A stretch of DNA of 64,000 bases, counting the filler, from Circinaria calcarea (Eukaryota), in NCBI GenBank assembly GCA_051942165.1. It is 3 parts of 3 records of this genome, joined end to end, with 100 filler letters (N's around TTAATTAATTAA, not from the genome) between each part and the next. Parts side by side here need not be neighbours in the genome. Positions count along the whole stretch, not along the records: positions 44,329 to 64,000 come from JAVECS010000196.1; 2 more parts are not named here. One strand, given 5' to 3'. Below, piece after piece: positions 60,231 to 64,000 of this stretch. Numbering within the stretch: the first letter of the stretch is position 1; every line of letters begins with the position of its first letter. The notes below the pieces were generated by a model. The model had not been told where the DNA came from. It saw only the letters and a list, made by a program, of their open reading frames with translations, and did no database searches. A program made the translations under genes and the position numbers.

Positions 60231-62307
60231 ATGTCGTCGATGCCATTCCGCCAGCCGTCAAGGCAGCCCTCCCGGCAGATGTCGACAGACCCTCACAACG
60301 AGCTCAATCCCCATCTAGACCATTACATCGGGATCGATGTTGGCACAGGGAGTGCGAGAGCTTGTATTATCAACTCCAAGGGGGATATCGTCGGACTGGC
60401 TTCGGAAAACATTGGTCTATGGCAACCAGAACAGGGCTACTATGTAAGCTCGTTGCGCACCCTCTGAGTATATGCAATAGCCCAGGGTCTGCACCCCTGG
60501 TGCTGCAAAGGAAGCTTTGAGAGCAATGCTGATCAGATCTGCAGGAGCAATCGACAAACGACATCTGGAGGTGCATCTGCTCTTCGGTTCAAAGAGCTCT
60601 CAATCAGCACAGCATCAATCCATCGACCATTCGGGGCATTGGCTTCGACGCCACATGTTCACTCGCGGTATTTTCGCAAGATACCGATGAACCCATCTCT
60701 GTTACCGGTCCCAAATTCGATAACGATCGGAACATCATTCTCTGGCTCGATCACAGACCAGTGAAAGAAACCGAAAAGATCAATGCCACAAAGCACAATC
60801 TGCTAAGATATGTCGGTGGTACCATGTCCATCGAAATGGAAATCCCAAAGGTACTCTGGCTGAAAAACAACATGCCAAAGGAACTGTTTGATCGATGCAA
60901 GTTCTATGATCTTGCGGATGCATTGACACACTTAGCAACAGGGAATGAGACAAGAAGCTTCTGTAGCACAGTATGCAAGCAAGGATTCGTTCCTGTGGGA
61001 GTTGATGGGAGTGTCAAGGGATGGCAAGAAGATTTCCTGAAGGAGATTGGATTGGAGGACTTATGTGAAGACAACTTTAAGAGAATGGGGGGAGTTAATG
61101 GGGTAGTGAGTCACTTACACCTCGCCGTAGAGGCCCACTCTATACGCATAAGCTCACCCAAAGACAGAATGGTAAATATCTGAGTGCGGGCGAGCTGGTG
61201 GGCAGACTCAGTGAAAAAGCCGCAGGTGAGCTCGGACTTGTCGCAGGTATCGCTGTCGGCAGTGGAGTCATCGACGCGTATGCTGGCTGGGTAGGCACGG
61301 TAGGTTCCAAGGTCATGCTTGGTAGCTCGGAGCTCAGCTCTAGCGTGGCCAAGAATGACCCGTCTCAAGCCTTTACCCGTCTCGCTGCTGTCGCAGGAAC
61401 GTCGACTTGCCATATTGCCATGTCTCCTAAGCCAGTTTTTGTCCCTGGTGTCTGGGGTCCATACCGTGACGTCTTGATTCCAGATTATTGGATGGCCGAG
61501 GGCGGTCAAAGTGCCACTGGCGAACTCCTCAAGCACGTCCTTGAAACGCATCCAGCCTTTCAAGAAGCTCTTAGTATCTCCGAATCTTACAACACGAATA
61601 TTTACGACTACCTCAACGAACACCTTAAGGACATGCAGAATAAGACCGATGCCCCCACGATCTCTTACCTAGGCCGTCATTTCTTTTTCTATGGAGATCT
61701 GTTCGGTAACCGCTCGCCCATCGCAGATCCCCGCATGACAGGATCCGTCATTGGTCTTAGCAGTGACAAGTCAGTTGATGGTCTCGCGCTCTACTATTAT
61801 GCAACAATGGAATTCATTGCTTTGCAGACACATCAGATCATTGAGACGATGAACAATGCCGGTCATCAGATACATTCCATTTTCATGTCGGGATCCCAAT
61901 GCCAAAATGACATACTGATGAGGCTAATGGCTTCGGCTTGTGATATGCCAGTCTTAATCCCCCGTTACGTTCATGCGGCCGTGGTGCATGGAGCTGCTAT
62001 GCTGGGCGCCAAAGCGGCGAGTGCAGACAAGTCCGGCAAGACGGAGCCGTTATGGGATATCATGGATCGGATGAGTAAGCCCGGGAAAGCAGTGCAGCCG
62101 ACGAAAGACGAGCACGAGAAGGAGCTATTGAAGGTGAAGTACAAAGTTTTTCTAGAACAATGCAAGAGCCAGCAGCTCTATCGAAAGGAGGTCGACGAAG
62201 TGGTGGGCAAATGGAGCAAAGGAGCAGACGCGGACGAGTGGAGTAAAGAGGGCAAGGAGGCTGGCAAGGTCGGTGAAGGGATCAACATGAAGCTGCCATT
62301 GGGTTAA
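60231..62307 (+). CDS. FGGY-family carbohydrate (pentulose/ribulose) kinase
   Basis: YIGIDVGTGSARA, GFDATCSL, ILWLDHR, GTSTCH, AEGGQSATG, GNRSP, MSGSQ and HGAAMLG. Two introns. A longer N-terminus from ATG 59925 is possible. Confidence 0.93.
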
Positions 62308-63256
62308 TGGGATAGAGGAGCACCGTGTGTTTATCATGGCACTGATTGGGCGTAAGAAGATGGGATACCTGTACCTTAGCGAGTTGACGAGAAGCAATGA
62401 CATGTCGAAAATGCAGGAGTGAGCGTAGAGACTCTACCTAGTGGCCATGTCTGTCTCTTCTATCGACAGAGCATACGAGAGCGCATGGAACGGCTTGCGG
62501 TGGACCTTCGGGACTATATGATAGAATAGATTTGAGAGTCGTTCTCTGGCTCTAGTGCCCAATCCGGTTAGTCGACCAGAACTAATCCAGAGCTTCTTCG
62601 CACCCACAGCTTCTCATACAAAGCTATTCTCCTCGCGGTTCCGGTAATCCTCCCATTTCTCCACTACCATAATGGAGCAGGATACTCTCGGATTGGAATG
62701 GATAAGATTTAATGCTATGGCTCGAGAGTCTCAGAGTAGGCTGTGCCGTCCTCCCAGCCAGAACTCCTCGCTACCTTCGAGGTTAAAGTTGGGATCAGCA
62801 ACTACCGGTGAAATACGAGAATGCTTCTGGTTGTATCTACCGCCATGTTTGTGGATGCTAGTGTAGGTCGGTATGATTTGTAGAATACGGCAACGAGCTC
62901 TCTGATTGAGCTGTCGCTGATATCGCCGAATTTCTCAAGCTTCAAGTTTCCTTCATCTCTATTATAGACGCAACTTTCTTTTGCTAGCCTGTCCTGAGGT
63001 GGGGGATATATGTCAAAGCAGAGTCTCATGCTTTCTGCATGGGTCCACAGTTCCATTTTTCATTCCTTGGGCCGTCACCGTGCACAATGATGCACAGACA
63101 TTCTTTTCTGGGTGCCCGGCCAAGCTAGGATAAAGGGCTAGACAAATGGGCTGACTCGACAGGATATAAAGAGGATGATTCCTACATCTTACGGAATCCA
63201 TCAGTCTTGTACACATCTTCAAGCAGTACCAGCCTACAGGATCACATTGAGCAGCC

Positions 63257-64000
63257 ATGTTTGGGTTTATAATCCTCTGGGCGGCATTTGGCCGCCTTTG
63301 CTGTAATGCACAGGTAGTTACCCCAGCTGATACTGCAACCCTCACCGATACTACAAGTACCACAACAACCGACATCGGTACTTCAACCGAATCTCCATAT
63401 ACCACCACATACACAGCTGTTGTAACGTACACGACCACTGTCGTATACATTACCCCTTCGCCAACTAGCTCGACCACTTCTACGCTTCCCGTCCCGACGT
63501 CTACCGATGTATCCACAACCACATCGAGTGATTTGAGCAGCTCCTCAATTGACATCACCACTTCCAGCTCCTCGATTGACATTACCACTTCCAGTTCCTC
63601 GATCACATCTACCTCTTCACCGATAATAACCGGCTCAGCAACTATCGTACAAAGTGCATCTGGTTTTACTTATCGAGGTTTCTATGTTGAGCCTTCCACT
63701 GCAAGTGCCTTGGATGCTGCTAGTACATCTAGTCCTTCCATGACAGTTGGAAACTGCGCTTCATATTGTGAGGGTGCGACCTATTTTGGTGTAGAAGCTG
63801 GTATTTCAATCCTCTGCTTTTTGATTTGGACATGGCGAGCTGACTCAACGATCAGGCCAAGAATGTTATTGCGGTAACATGCTTACCAACACAACCACCC
63901 TGGCAGATGGCGATCCTAATACTAGCGGTATTCCTTGCTCAGGCGATGATACTGAGTTATGCGGTGGGAGTGGCATATTACAGCTTTATGAGGTGTACAC
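63257..64000 (+). CDS. Secreted/cell-surface Ser/Thr-rich WSC-domain protein (partial)
   Basis: Signal peptide, S/T-rich tract with ~3x SSSIDITTS, WSC motif MTVGNCASYC..YFGVEA|GQECYCGN..PCSGD..ELCGG. TATAAAA near 63165. Confidence 0.88.

Overview
Gene-dense, intron-containing DNA from a filamentous ascomycete (Pezizomycotina-type GT-AG introns with CTRAC branch points). Two artificial 100-nt spacers (44N-TTAATTAATTAA-44N at 22069-22168 and 44229-44328) divide the window into three contigs, so distance and linkage across them are unproven. Most genes are conserved housekeeping genes: an INO80 IEC3-like subunit, ILV3, a Ser/Thr kinase, a class 3 lipase, kinesin-14, a LOA1/VPS66 acyltransferase, the 5' end of an LSH/IRC5-like remodeler, a dual-specificity phosphatase, SPO7, a CLD1/ICT1-like hydrolase, TatD/Scn1, NUP188, trifunctional trpC, a BRCT-WGR protein, an FGGY kinase and a WSC protein. 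The accessory region (~14.5-26 kb) is the most interesting part. It holds an apparently intact NLR (HeLo-like/NACHT/ankyrin) whose Walker A lies in a 25-nt microexon and which ends in a SPRY domain that the ORF track misses. It also holds a NOD-less HeLo-like/ankyrin gene and two small inverted-repeat (MITE-like) elements, one with a RIP-like signature. I cannot establish a new biological system from sequence alone. All calls come from manual reading and motif recognition, with no database searches.
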